Below are positions 14,440 through 28,612 of a stretch of 64,000 bases of DNA, piece by piece; position 1 is the stretch's first letter; each line of letters starts with the position of its first letter. The notes under the pieces were generated by a model that made no database searches, was not told where the DNA came from, and was given only the letters and a program-made list of their open reading frames with translations. The stretch comes from Octopus vulgaris (Eukaryota): the NCBI GenBank assembly GCA_951406725.2, contig OX597815.1, forward strand, positions 3,596,001 through 3,660,000, given 5' to 3'. The position numbers and the translations under genes are program-made.

Positions 14440-14614
14440 TATAAGCTTTAAGCTTATAGCGATCACCGTGCAAATGACTAAGGACTACGCGTGGGACTCG
14501 TGTCCTACGGGTACAGGAAAACCTCCTTTTTTCTGTCGAGGGCTTATATGCCCCAATATTAGACTATTTTCCTAAGTCATTTGCACGGTGGTCGCTAACA
14601 GCTTTAAGCTTATA
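14440..14614. mobile_element. Short fold-back element with 45-bp arms
   Basis: Arms 14440-14484 / 14570-14614; a single arm recurs at about 62024-62097. Confidence 0.65.
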
Positions 14615-16282
14615 TAAAAGATACCATTATTATTATTTACAGAATTGTAAAACACGACACCGCTTAACAAAATCATTCGCACCGAAATATACATACATAC
14701 ATACTTACATATATATATACATACATACATACATACATACATACATACATACATACACACACACACATATATATATATATACATGTATGTATGTGTGTGT
14801 GTAGTGTTATTTGAGCAAACAATAAATACTTGTTGCACACTCGATTCAAACGTGTAACGACACTTTCGCTTTAAAACTACTTAACACACAAAGCAACACT
14901 AGTAGTAGAAGTAGTAGTAGTAGTGGTGGTGGTGGTGGTTTTGGTGGTGCTGGTGGTGGAGGCGGCGGCGTCGGCGGTGGTGGTGGTGGTGGTGGTGAAT
15001 TTAGAATTCCAAGTAATGGCCACTCTAGAAATATTCTTGACGTTCTTAAGAATCTTCTTGGAATAGTTGGGTGGAAGTGCTTGAATCCGAAATCTTTTCA
15101 CAGAAACTCAACGGAAAATCCTGGCCGTAACCAAACATTCTCCAAACCCTCAACCACACACCCCACACCACCACCACCACCATTCCGCCAATTCCGGCAA
15201 CACCGTTTACTCCCGTACCTACCCCTCCCTCCATCCGCACATACGCGCGCACTCCGCCATGTTACACAAAAACTACCATCGCCCCCATCCGCCTGTCGTT
15301 TCCCATTTGCTATAACAACCAACCCCCACCGCCAACCAGCATCGCCACCGCCAACCGGCATCGCCACCGCCAACCAGCATCGCCGCCACCATCTCCCTTT
15401 CACCTCCAAACTCGTGTGAGACTACAGCAAATCAAAGATGCATATTTTTCTTGATGTGGTCCAAGAATTTGGTGTCGATGTTAGGTGTTTAGCTGTTATT
15501 TAAGTGGTGCTGGTTGTCAAGAAAACCTTGGAAGGGTTTGGTGGTGGTGGTGGTGGTGACGGTGGGGACGCGGTGGAGGTGTTGGTGGTGGCGGTGTTGT
15601 TGTTGATAATGGTGGTGGTAGTGACGGTGTTGATGGTGGTGGTTGTTGTTGTTACTGTGGCTGTTGTTGTTGTGGTCGTGATGGTGTGGGTGACGGTGGG
15701 TACGCAGTGGAGGTGTTGGTAGTGGCGTTGGTAGTGGCGTTGGTGGTGGCGGTGTTGTTGTTGTTGTTGATAGTGGTGGTGGTAGTGACAGTGTTGATGG
15801 TGTTGTTGTTGTTGGTGGTGGTGGTGGTGGTTGTTGTTACAGTGGTTGTTGTTGTGGTGGTGCTAGTGGTGGTGGTGTTGGCGGTGGTGGTGGTTGTATT
15901 GGTGGTGGCGGTGTTGGTGGTGGTGGTGTTGGTGATGGTGAGAAAGAACGACTTGTTGGCATTTTCCATCAGTGACCCGCCACCCCCACCCACGTTCTTT
16001 GACAGCCTCAAATCGTGATAAGGAGGAAACGGTAAACTCAACCGATATCTGAGTCTGGCAGAAAACTAAAGAAGTTTATTTAGTTCTCAAAGTTGAAGAA
16101 TAGTCTGGCACATCGTGTGTGTGTGTGTGTTTTGTGTAAGTGCGTGTGTATGCATTTAGCGTACGCTCGATTATATTGACACACACATATATACATCTAT
16201 AAATATATTTATGGAGACATAAAAGAGATAAAGGTGGGATAGATAAATAGATAGATAGATAGATATATAGATAGATAGATAG

Positions 16283-16335
<53 letters not shown>

Positions 16336-16405
16336 TGCTGGTAGGTAAATAGGTAGGTAGGTAGGTAGGTAGGCAGGTAGGCAGGTAGGTATGTAGGTAG
16401 GTAGG

Positions 16406-16489
<84 letters not shown>

Positions 16490-17140
16490 CAGATAGATAT
16501 GCTGGTAGGTAAATAGGTAGGTAGGCAGGTAGGCAGGTAGGCAGGTAGGCAGGTAGGTAGGTAGGTGGGTAGGTAGGCAGGTAGGTAGGTAGGTAGGTAC
16601 GTTCATACATACACAGTATGGAGCACAATGTATGTACATTTGTGTATGTAATATTTATATATCAATGCACTTATGTGTGTATAAACTTCATGGCATAAAG
16701 TAAGGGAGAGAGAGAGAGAAAGAGAAAGAGAGAGAGTGTGTGTGTGTTGTTGTTGTTGTTGCTTTGAGAATGGAATAAATGGTTCTCTGCGAAAGAAAAA
16801 GCGAGAAAAGAAATCCATTTTGAACCCGTGTTAAGAAGTAGATAAACGGACAGTGTTTTTCAAGTGAATAGATCGACAAATACATTTCGAATTATAAACT
16901 GTTAAATGGGGGGAGGGTGAATAGGTGGGGAGGGTAATAGATTTGGATAGAGTAAGGAAAGGGTGGTGGGGGCGATGTATAAAGAATGAATAAAAGAAGG
17001 AGTGGTAGAGAGGTGTGGGTGTCAGTGTTGTAGAGAGGCAGACATCTTGCAGTGAACCTATGATAATTTCTGGAAACCTGACGAAATGTCAACGACCAAT
17101 CAAAAGTTTTAGCAGAATCCAGTTTTGTGAACGAAGTGAA

Positions 17141-17780
17141 GTAGCTCTCCTGCTACGGGAGAGAAATAAACTATTATATAAAGAGTGGTTCTTTACGTTG
17201 GGAAGTAAATATAATATTGTAGCTTTCCAGTTACGGGAGATAAATAAACGTTTATAGAAAGAGTAGTTTTAGTTAGGTAAATATATATATAACACGTAGC
17301 TCTCCAGTTATGGGAGGGAAATACACCATTATACGGAAAAGATCAGCTCTTCCCGTCGCGGATACAAATGTAATAGTAGCTCTCCAGTTACAAGAGCTCA
17401 ATACACGATTATATAGAAAAGAGTAGACCTAATTAGTAAGATAAATGTTTCATAGTTTCTCACTGAGGAGAATAATATACGATTATATAAAGTGTAATCT
17501 TCTCATTAAGATGATAAATACAACATATCAACTCTCCACTTACAGATAAGAAGGAAAACAATACAGAGAGGAAAGTAGTTCTTGAAAAGAAGATAAAAAT
17601 GATATAATAGCTGTCCAGAGAAATGATTATAAAGAGGGAAATAGCTCTCGTAACTTGGATGGTATTACATCGTAGTTCTCCAGCAACGGGGCGGGGATTA
17701 GCAATTATAAAAAAGAGTAACTCTTCTCGTTAGGATGATGAACGTAACGTTAGTCGCTCTCCAGTCACGAGAGAGAAATT
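17141..17780. repeat. Degenerate minisatellite, unit about 78 bp, about 8-9 copies
   Basis: GTAGCTCTCCAGTTAC-like motif near 17141, 17219, 17296, 17376, 17452, 17529, 17607, 17672 and 17755. Confidence 0.8.
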
Positions 17781-18107
17781 CAAGTCTATGTGTGGTGGAC
17801 TTGCTCTCATGGCAGTGTTAGAATGATATGGGAAACTTGAGGATATCAGTTCCAAATTTTTGGCACAAAACCAGCAATTTTTTTGTTGGGCGGGGGAAGT
17901 CGATTACATCGACCTCATTACTTATTTAATTAACAGCCGGTACTTATTTAATTAACTCCGAAATGGTGAAAGGCAATGTGGGACTCAGGACGTAAAGACC
18001 TACGAAATGCCGCCAAGCATTCTACCAGCTTGCCACCTTAAAAACATGAAAATATTGTTGTCCTATTTGAGAAAATATATTATTTTATATTTAATATTTC
18101 CCGAGGT

Positions 18108-18323
18108 GTCAGACGGCGAGCTGGCAGAATCGTTAACACGCCGGGCGAAATGCTTAGCAGTATTTCGTCTGCCGCTACGTTCTGAGTTCAAATTCCACTG
18201 AGGTCGTCTTTTCCTTTCATCCTTTCGGGGTCGATAAATTGAGTACCAGTTGCGTACTGGAGTCGATCTAATCGACTGGCCCCCTCCTCAAAAATTTCGG
18301 GCCTTTTATCTAGAGTAGAAAAG
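18108..18323 (+). mobile_element. SINE family B with a 15-bp TSD
   Basis: AATATTTC(C/A)CGAGGT at 18093-18107 and 18324-18338; an older inverted copy at about 17855-18039. Confidence 0.88.
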
Positions 18324-19217
18324 AATATTTCACGAGGTTTATATTCACGAAGAATTTACTTCGCTACAAAGTCAAAAGCTCTGTTCGGTTTAGAATGACA
18401 AAACTATAGCAACTTTGTTGTAATTGTTTAACCCTAGGCCAAGCTGAGTGGAGCAGGCATATGATCAAAGATGTTCTGTGACTTTCTTTTCGGTTTTTGA
18501 TTATTCGTATGTCCAGCACGTCATAATCCAAAGTAATATAATGTAACCCCACTGGACATTATTGTCCCGAGTCCTTGAACTCGCAGAACCGGTTACCTGG
18601 TCTCCCTGATCCATAAGTGGCCATCATCTCAACTTTCTCTCGCAACAGGAATCCAGTCCATTACAGGGTTAATTCGTTACAGCTGAGTGGACTGTGGCAA
18701 CGTGAAATAAAGTGTTTTGCTCAAGAACACAACTCATCGCCCGGTCTAGGAATCGAAATCGTGATTGACGGTCACTAACCGCTAGGTCACGCGCCTTCAC
18801 CGTCCAAAGTATCTTCTGATTATTATACGGTATCGATCAGAATGCAATTTGGCTGCGTTTTCTAACACGTTCAGCGACCGCATACAGACATCCCTCGGAT
18901 ATTTCATAAAGCTTAAAGCTTACGATATCTCTAAGCGTTCTATCTCTCGGAATCCAAAACCACGAACTACTAATTAGGTCATCGATCATTGATCTGTTGT
19001 TAACGTTATTGATTTTTTGGGGGTAGGGGTGGGGTGTCCATCATTATTGGTGCAAGGCTGATAGGAAACAAAAAGTTGTCATTCGTTACATTTCTCTGAC
19101 GTAATCAACTCTATTCCCCACCACCGCCACCCCACTCTCTCTCTCCCTCTCTCTCTCCAATAGACACAATCTCACTCTCTCCTTTTTGTTGTTGTTGCTG
19201 TTGTTGTTGTTGTTGTT

Positions 19218-19248
<31 letters not shown>

Positions 19249-19316
19249 CTGTTGTTACCCGTCTAGACTGTGTTAGTAAACAAATCTTCATTAAAAGGCA
19301 TCCTGGAGGTAACCAT

Positions 19317-19707
19317 AGGCACAGTGGAGGCTATGTAGTAAGACGATTGCTTCCCAACCACGTGGTTCCGGGTTCAGTCCCATTGCGTGACACCTTGGAC
19401 AAGTGTCTTCTACCATAGCCTCGGACTGATTAAAGCCTTGCGAGGGGTTTTTGTAGACGGAAACTGAAAGAAGCCCTTCATATATATATATATATGTATA
19501 TATGTGTGTCTGGATTTTGTGTCGGTGTTTATCCACCCCACCCTCATAAGTACCGGTGTTCGCATGTTTATGTCCCCTTAAGTTAGCGGTTCGACAAAAG
19601 TCAACCATTCAATAAGTACCAGGTTAAAAAAAGCATAACAAGTCCTGGGATCAATTCATTCCACTAAAAATAATTCAAGGAGGTGCCCCACCATGGCCGC
19701 AGTCTAA

Positions 19708-19710
<3 letters not shown>
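19317..19710 (+). mobile_element. SINE family A
   Basis: Diverged full-length copy. Confidence 0.8.
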
Positions 19711-19749
<39 letters not shown>

Positions 19750-20147
19750 TTACGTCTTGTTTTGCTTCGTATTTTTGATCCCAAGTCAAGTTCTTTTATT
19801 AAATAGGTGCTGAAAAACGAATCCAATACTCGTGTATTTTCCGGACAGGTTTGGTTCTATGAGTGTGCGTGTGTGTTTGGGCGCCTATGTGTATATGGGT
19901 GTATATATACATAAACATACATATGCTAGTATACCTGTCAATATTATTGAATGTATATATATATATGTGTGTGTATGTATGTATATATGTATGTATATAT
20001 GCATGTGTATGTGTAGGTATAAATTGTAATTTATGGTAAAATCCTATGAGACTTTAACTTCGTAAAATGCCTCTCTCTATCCTCAGTATTGTATCGCGCC
20101 ATCAGAAAAAAGTTTCGATGTTATTCTTAAAGTAGCTTTTCAGAAAG

Positions 20148-20179
<32 letters not shown>

Positions 20180-20692
20180 TTGTGCATGGGTGGGTCTTTG
20201 TATGGGTGTGTGTGTGTGTGTGTAGGTGTGTGTGTCTTTTGTCTGTGTTTGGTCCCAACCACTGCTTGACAACCAGTGTTGGTGTGTTTACGTCCCCCGT
20301 AAATTAGTGATTCGGCAAAACAGACAAAAAGTAGCAAGCTTTAAAAAAAAAAAACAAAGAAAAACACATAAGTCTTGGGTGGGGGTTTGATCTATTCGTC
20401 CAAAGATAATTCAAGGCGGTGCCCCAGCATGGCCACCGTCTAATGACTGAAACAAGTAAAAGAACAAAAGGATATATATACGTATGTGTTGAGTTTTATT
20501 CCACAAAGATCACACACACACACATGCCCTTACGCACTTACATATATATTTGTATACGCACTTAAAATATATATATACGCACATATTTGTGTATGAGTCT
20601 GGTTTAAAGACATTAGTTTATCTAAATCTTAAATACACACCGCATTGTATACAAACGGCTATATACACATATGAATGGATTGGTGTTTAATA

Positions 20693-20753
<61 letters not shown>

Positions 20754-20874
20754 GGTGTATCCATGTGCATGAATTTCTGGGTTTCAGAGTCACGTGAGAT
20801 TATCTTAAGCTTAGATACACAACACTTCGAACGCAAGTGCTCATCAAGATAGATGGATAGACAGACAGATAGAC

Positions 20875-20973
<99 letters not shown>

Positions 20974-20978
20974 CATAC

Positions 20979-21049
<71 letters not shown>

Positions 21050-21056
21050 TAGGCAT

Positions 21057-21209
<153 letters not shown>

Positions 21210-21326
21210 TAGACAGACATGTAGACAGATAGATAGATATACAGGGACATATACATATTTATATATGTGTATATAAATAAATATATATATATTTTATTTT
21301 ATTTTTATTTTATCTTATTTTTATTT

Positions 21327-21399
<73 letters not shown>

Positions 21400-21499
21400 G
21401 GGGTTGAGATAGATGATATATATACATACACACACATATATCTGTACACACACACATACATATATATTTATATGTGTATATATATGTGTGTATATAGAT

Positions 21500-21653
<154 letters not shown>

Positions 21654-21790
21654 TATGCGTAGATGGATTCATGAACGTATATATGACCACTTTGGCAGAT
21701 ATATGGATGAATATATCTTTCTTTGCATGCAGTGAGTAGAAATGTTTGAGAGATGTTTGTGTTATAGAAGAGAAATAGACCCACGCGCAC

Positions 21791-21831
<41 letters not shown>

Positions 21832-22068
21832 CATCCACTTTGTCTTAAGATGGCTGTTGTTAGCCAAGTCTGTTGTAACAAAGTATATTTTCAATGTATT
21901 GCGACAATGGCCGAATTAACAAAGTCAAGAGTGCTTTCTTGTCTCCTAACAGTCGAGAGCGAAGTTGAACTCTAACACAGCCATGTTGACGGTGACATCA
22001 AAAGCATGTAAGTCATTACACCCTGGGCAAAGAGATAAAGAGTGTGTGTGTGTTTGTCTGGGTCTGTG

Positions 22069-22102
<34 letters not shown>

Positions 22103-22422
22103 ATCTGTAAGTATGTATATACAAAACTACATACTATACATTATATAGTGTTATACATTCATATATTGTATATACATATATACACACATATATATGTGTA
22201 TGTATATATATAAATTACCACGTATGTATGTATATATGCAGCTTTCGCCGTCGTATATCGTTCAAAGATGTAGGAGCTAACAACAAAACGATGTTTTTCG
22301 AATGGAGTCCCTTACGATTTTTACTCTGCAGCGAGTTTCAGGCACTCTCTTGTCACTATGCCCGTCAGAAGTGCAATACTCAACCATGCCATTGTACACG
22401 AATTGCGGTATAAAACATATAC

Positions 22423-22469
<47 letters not shown>

Positions 22470-22470
<1 letters not shown>

Positions 22471-23545
22471 GAATGAAAAATCTTTCGTCACACACTGACC
22501 TCTTCAGCGACCTTTCTTTGCACATGTCTAATCCCGGGGAGGAAAGTCGCCGGAGAGGCCTCAGGTGTGTGCAGAAAGATTGTCAGACAATGGACAACCA
22601 AATTACTGTTCCCCACTTTGAAAGGGATGCGTTTGCAATCCAGGAACAGGAAATATCAACCAAATGCATGATGAAAATAAGAAAAATGTGACAACCGATG
22701 CAGACTTTGAGGAGTTCACACCGAAGATATCACCCTCATCATAAGCAGTCTTCCGAAAATGTCATCATGGTATTATCTACCGATGAGATATTGTAGCTAG
22801 GACACTCTATAATGAAATCCAGCGGAAGGATAATCCTGAGGACAAAGAAATAAGAACCCACAGTATGGTAGAAGCTATAGCCACTCATAATAAAAAGGAA
22901 CGCTGGTGGAATGTACTAGTGAAGACCTCAATAAAATGTGAGCACAACAGACCCGATATAATGATTTGGGATAGAGAAGAGAAACTGTGTACAGTCGTGG
23001 AAATTCGCTGCCCAGCGGATGTTAACACAAAGCTGAAGATCAGTGAAAAAAAAAAAGAATATCTATGTTGAAATATTGAGAAATCTGCAGTTACCCTATC
23101 CAGATTACAAGTTCAGGTTTATACCTGTAATTAGTGGGGCTCTGGGGTATGTAACACGCTGCCTAAAAACAAATCTTGAGAAATTAGGCTTCTCAAAACC
23201 AGAAAGGAGAAAGCTAATTCGAAGACTACAGATCCATTCCATCACTGGAACTGTAAAAATCTGTAAAACTTTCCAAAAGTTTATCATGTAAATATATATG
23301 AGCATGTCTAGATATGTAGCTATATGCATGAGAATACATACATAAGACAAAACATACAAATCTGCACATATGCATAAATACATACATACATACATACATA
23401 CATACATACATACATACAAACATACATACATACGTACAGAAATACCCTGTTGTTGATGTTGAAATTCCAATGAATTGTATCTAGATTAGGAACCGGTTCT
23501 TTCTCTATTGGCAAGAAATCTTGAAATAAAACTCAATAAGGACTC
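22470..23545 (+). mobile_element. RLE-type non-LTR retrotransposon 3' fragment (R4/Dong-like)
   Basis: FAIQEQEISTK, decayed CCHC knuckle, HNRPDIMIWD...VVEI, IPVISGALG, with frameshifts; a 3' UTR copy lies on the minus strand at about 44397-44500. Confidence 0.8.
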
Positions 23546-23679
23546 ACATACATATTACGCATCACACTGATCCTGAACATGTTTTGAAGAAGGGCAATTA
23601 TATGTAGAAAATGGGAAAAGAGGGTAGAGAGAAGAAACGGAAATGGCAGCACCGAAATATAAAGAAACTTTATAAACTA

Positions 23680-24079
23680 CTAGCAGTATCCCCGGCGTTG
23701 CTCGGGTTTGTAAGGGAAATAACAATATAAGCATTTTTAGAGAGTTATAACCAAAAAGATAGCAAAAAAATGCATTAAAAATGGAAAAAAAATTATGGTA
23801 AATTTTTTTTTAAATCGTTGACTCATCGTAGGCATTTTTAGAGAGTTACTTCCCTTATATAATAGCAAAAAAATGCATTAAAAATGGAAAAAAAATTATG
23901 TTAAATTTTTTTTTAAATCGTAGACTCATCGTAGACGCGCGCTAATACCCAGAAGGGCTCGATATGAATCACGACTATAAGATACCCGGTTTTGGTTAAA
24001 CTGCATCGCAAAATGTGGGAGTAGTTAGGAATCTAAATTGTAGGAGACAGACACACAACTTCACTTTTATATATAAAGA
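23680..24079 (-). mobile_element. Non-autonomous Helitron
   Basis: Minus strand begins A|TCTTTATATATAAAAG and ends with hairpin CCCGAGCAACGCCGGG then GATACTGCTAG|T; inserted between A and T with no TSD; internal tandem duplication of about 100 bp. Confidence 0.88.
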
Positions 24080-24679
24080 TATTTTTTCCGTGTGTTACGT
24101 AAACAAAGTGGGGAAGAGAAATTTATAAGTTGATAGGTTATCGATCACTGTACCAGTGACTCCATAAGCACGAGGATCTGACACCGCCTCACTCAGTAAT
24201 TGCATCAGGGGTTAGTACAATGCAGTTACATCACATAACACAAATCGAAATTTAGTAAAACATTAGTAAATAATACATCTACGCTCTACAAAATTATCCC
24301 GAAAAATAAATTATTAATGGCGGAAACGTTATTCATGGCGGAACACTCGGTAAAAATATATACTCGGATAACATTCCGTAGTCCCAAACAAATTTAGATG
24401 TAACGGTAGAAAATTTAGATTTTTGTGGTAATGCCAACACCAAACGCATTCACTGTAGCTAGAGTGACATACGGCGATATTTCGAGTGCCTGATGATGAG
24501 GCGAGGGGTCCCTAGAAATTTGATGATGAAGTTCAGATTTTCCAAGGCAACCAACGCGAAACTTCAACAACAACAATCCCATACACACATGCTTCCATAT
24601 ATATATACACGCGCGCGTGTGTGTGTGCGTGTGTGTGTGCGTGTGTGTGTGCGTGGGAGTGTTTATATACATATATATA

Positions 24680-24722
<43 letters not shown>

Positions 24723-24724
<2 letters not shown>

Positions 24725-25186
24725 TAATTAAATCTCAGAATGAGATTGAAACAGTAATCGTTCGATAATGTAAAGTATAGAAGCCATCTTATCATGGCTA
24801 ACCACATTGGGGAGGGGGTGTTACTGTAGCTTTATAGCCCCAAGAGATCTTCGTCTGTAGCTGGCTTTAGACACCATATCAGTGCCCTTGAAGTATTTGC
24901 AAAGGGAGGCCATCCCTTCCTCGCAAGCCTGAGTGATACGCTCGAACAAGTTTCGGGGTTTTGTTCCCCGTCAACGGGCGGTAACCACCGGGTAGCGATG
25001 AAAGTGAAGGCTCCTTTGCAAATAGATAAAAGCTTTTCTAGTGGCGTCTGGCACTGATGTCGAAAAACGAACAGTAAGCATAATTAAATCTCAGAATGAG
25101 ATTGAAACAGTAATCGCTCGATAATGTAAAGTTAACACCTCCTCCCCAATGTGGTTAGCCATGATAAGATGGCTTCTATACTTTAC

Positions 25187-25190
<4 letters not shown>
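24723..25190 (-). mobile_element. (TA)n-embedded element with both direct and inverted terminal duplications
   Basis: Direct repeat 24723-24776 / 25079-25132; inverted repeat 24766-24823 / 25133-25190; degenerate hammerhead-like motif on the minus strand at 24939-24980. Confidence 0.65.
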
Positions 25191-25234
<44 letters not shown>

Positions 25235-25355
25235 ATGTATATATATTCCGTATCCAACCTATATAATATATAAATCACTGGTGATCTGATTATGCCCCGG
25301 ATGCTCTAGGGAGCTTGCTTCCCTTGTCAGTCTTAAGATAAGTGATTTAGCGTGG

Positions 25356-25413
<58 letters not shown>

Positions 25414-25514
25414 AGTTAATCCAAACAAGAAAACACAAAAAAAAACACAGCAACGCGAGGACGTGGAACAAATAAAGTATTATTGGACGCTCAGGAAAGA
25501 AGGGAAGAAGGAGG

Positions 25515-25549
25515 GTTTAACGTTTCGAGCGGAGCTCTTCGTCGGAAAC
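25515..25549 (-). ncRNA. Hammerhead ribozyme-like motif
   Basis: GUUU-CCGACGA-a-GAGC(ucc)GCUC-GAAAC-GUU-AAAC, inside a TA-flanked element at about 25410-25595. Confidence 0.62.
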
Positions 25550-25600
25550 ATAGGAGAAGGAAAGATCCAGAGAAGGGAAGACAGAGGGAAAAAAAACTAA

Positions 25601-25669
25601 TTCTGCCGAACCGTTAAGTTACGGGGGGCATCGGTTGTCAAGTGACGGTGGGGGTACAAACACAGACAC

Positions 25670-25752
<83 letters not shown>

Positions 25753-25908
25753 GACGGGCTTCTTTTAGTTTCCGTCTACCAAACTCACTCATAAGGCATT
25801 GGTTAGCCCGAGGATATAGTAGAAGACATTTGCTGAAGGTGCCATTCAGTGGGGCTGAACCTAGAACGATGTTGTTGGGAAGCGAGTTTCTTACCACACA
25901 GCCACACC
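25601..25908 (-). mobile_element. SINE family A, tail missing
   Basis: Consensus head and body with a long internal (TA)n. Confidence 0.8.
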
Positions 25909-26470
25909 TTTATAGATGTATATATATAGCAAATTTTCACAGTGACCTGTTAAGAGTAGAGCTCGTTGAAAACCACAAAGGACTAACCAATCTGTATTTA
26001 AGCCGTCTGCTTCTTCCATTTTCCCCCCCCGCTCGAATTGAATGTAACGCATAACATATAAAACATACGAAACATCCCTACCTTTAACTGTTATCACATT
26101 TTACAATAGGCGGCATTGTTATCTGAAAGCTGTTGCTCACAAGAGGGGACTGTTTGATGATCGAACAGAGACGGTGGGAGGGAGGGTGAGGATGGGAGGG
26201 AAGAAGAAGAAGAAGAAGAAGAAGAAGAAGAAGAAGAAGAAGAAGAAGAAGAAGAAGAAGAAGAAGAAGAAGAAGAAATCGGGAGTCGGAGTGACAGAAA
26301 GGGACAAAAGAAGATAGAAGGGGGTGATAGGGAAAATGCTGGAAGAGTGTTAAGTGAAACGGATGGAGGTGAACAAAACTTAAAGAAAGAGAGAGAATAA
26401 ATTCAAGATGGAGGGTGTGGATGGATGTAAGGTCTTAATTCACCACATTACTAACATCATCGTCACAACT

Positions 26471-26502
<32 letters not shown>

Positions 26503-26649
26503 AACTAATACCACGACTACTACCACTATACAGTTGACCCTTTCTACGCGAACGTGAGCTGTCGCCAAATGACAAATATTGAATGAAATTGTCTCGGTGT
26601 AAAACAACTCCAATAACAATAAGAACATTATACACACATACATACATAC

Positions 26650-26709
<60 letters not shown>

Positions 26710-27039
26710 GCATGTGTATATATGTATGTGTATATATGTATATATATATATATATATATGAACTTATGTATGTATATATATATGTGTGTGTGTGTGTGTG
26801 TATATAAATATATATACATATATACATATGTGTGTGTATGCGTGTGCTTGTTTGTTTGTGCGTGTGTATGTATGTTTGTGTGTGTGCGTGTGTACACCTC
26901 AGAAAGATGCAGTTGTGGTTAGGATACAATACTTATTTTCAATTAGCCTCTGCCTAATAAAAACTGTTTTGGGTTTTCCGTTGATGTGCGTGTACATCCA
27001 TCCGACACCCATATTTATATTTATATATATATATATATA

Positions 27040-27445
27040 TTCTTTTATTCATTTACTTGTTTCAGTCATTTGACTGCAGCCATGCTGGGGCACTGCCTTT
27101 AGTCGAGCAAATCGACCCCGGGACTTATTCTTTGTAAGCCCAGTACTTATTCTATCGGTCTCTTTTGCCGAACCGCTAAGTGACGGGGAAGTAAACACAC
27201 CAACATCGGTTGTCAAGCAATGCTAGGGGGACAAACACAGACACACAAACACACACACATATATATATATATACATATATACGACAAGCTTCTTTCAGTT
27301 TCTGTCTACCAAATCCACTCACAAGGCATTGGTCGGCCCAGGGCTATAGCAGAAGACACTTGCCCAAGATGCCACGCAGTGGGACTGAACCCGGAACCAT
27401 GTGGTTGGTTAGCAAGCTACTTACCACACAGCCACTCCTGCGCCT
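27040..27445 (-). mobile_element. SINE family A, full length
   Basis: GGCGCAGGAGTGGCTGTGTGGTAAG head, B-box-like GGGTTCAGTCCC, GAAACAAGT tail. Confidence 0.9.
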
Positions 27446-27924
27446 ATACGTTTGTGTAACAGCAGCAACAACAGCAGCAACATCAGCAGCAATACCGTCC
27501 CAAATGTTGGCAGCAATATTCAATTGTTGGTTTATCATTTGAGCTTTCTGGAGATTTTGCAGCTAATCTCAGAGCTGAAGAATTTTCTTTTGACACTTTA
27601 CAATAAAATATAGCCCTGAACTTCTTTTCTTACATTTGTGGTTGTTGTTGTTATTATTGGTGTTAGGTTAAAGTAATGGTGGTGTTGGTGGTGGTGGTGG
27701 TGGTGGTGGTAGTGGTGGTGGTGGTGGAGGTGGCAGCATCGGCGTTGACGTTACTATTGTGTGTGTAATAATATTTTGTTGACGTGTGTCAAGATAGGAT
27801 AAACCAATACAAACACAACTCGAAATAAATTCTGATAACATCATGTGATAAGATAGCCAAGGTTACTGATGTGTGTGTGTGTGTGTGTGTGCGTGTGTAC
27901 GTGTGTGTGTGTGCGTGTGTGTGC

Positions 27925-27964
<40 letters not shown>

Positions 27965-28051
27965 ACGTGCGCATGTGTATGGAAATGTGCTGTGTATGCA
28001 AGTAATCATTTATAATTCCGTAAACCACACATTTACTAGTTGTTTTACAAA

Positions 28052-28100
<49 letters not shown>

Positions 28101-28192
28101 CCACCTACACACATTGTTTTTATTGTAATGTTATTGTTATGTTAGAAATTAGAATAACAAAGGAATAAACAGTTATGTTAGGAACTGCATTG

Positions 28193-28271
28193 GCTTACAG
28201 CTGTTTCTGCAACAAGATGCAATACACTCATAGCTGAATGCTTGAGTATCACCCTATAGCTTCATCAGAGC
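28193..28271 (-). ncRNA. Hammerhead ribozyme-like motif with extended stem II
   Basis: GCU-CUGAUGA-(54 nt)-GAAAC-AGCU-GUA-AGC; palindromic helix III (ACAGCUGU). Confidence 0.6.
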
Positions 28272-28508
28272 TTCGTTTTACCGCCAGGTTATTAGCATCG
28301 CTATGCTTAAACGCAATATTAAAATGTATTTTGCGTATGTTTTGTATAGATACTATATTTACATTTGCATAGACATTTTTATATACACTTTCTGGAATTA
28401 AGCTTTTCTAACTTCAGCTAATTTATTGTGTAAAAGTGCATTTTATAAACAATATTGACCTGTAGATATGAATATATAAATATATATATATACACTCACA
28501 AACACACA

Positions 28509-28612
<104 letters not shown>

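Noticed and set aside
15652-16041. Thr-rich mucin-like or GPCR N-terminus (MENANKSFF...)
   Set aside because: Built from ACC/AAC repeats and ends in a stop with no downstream domain, with or without the local duplication.
17141-17780. CRISPR-like repeat-spacer array
   Set aside because: The 'spacers' resemble each other, the repeats are degenerate, there are no cas genes, and the context is eukaryotic.
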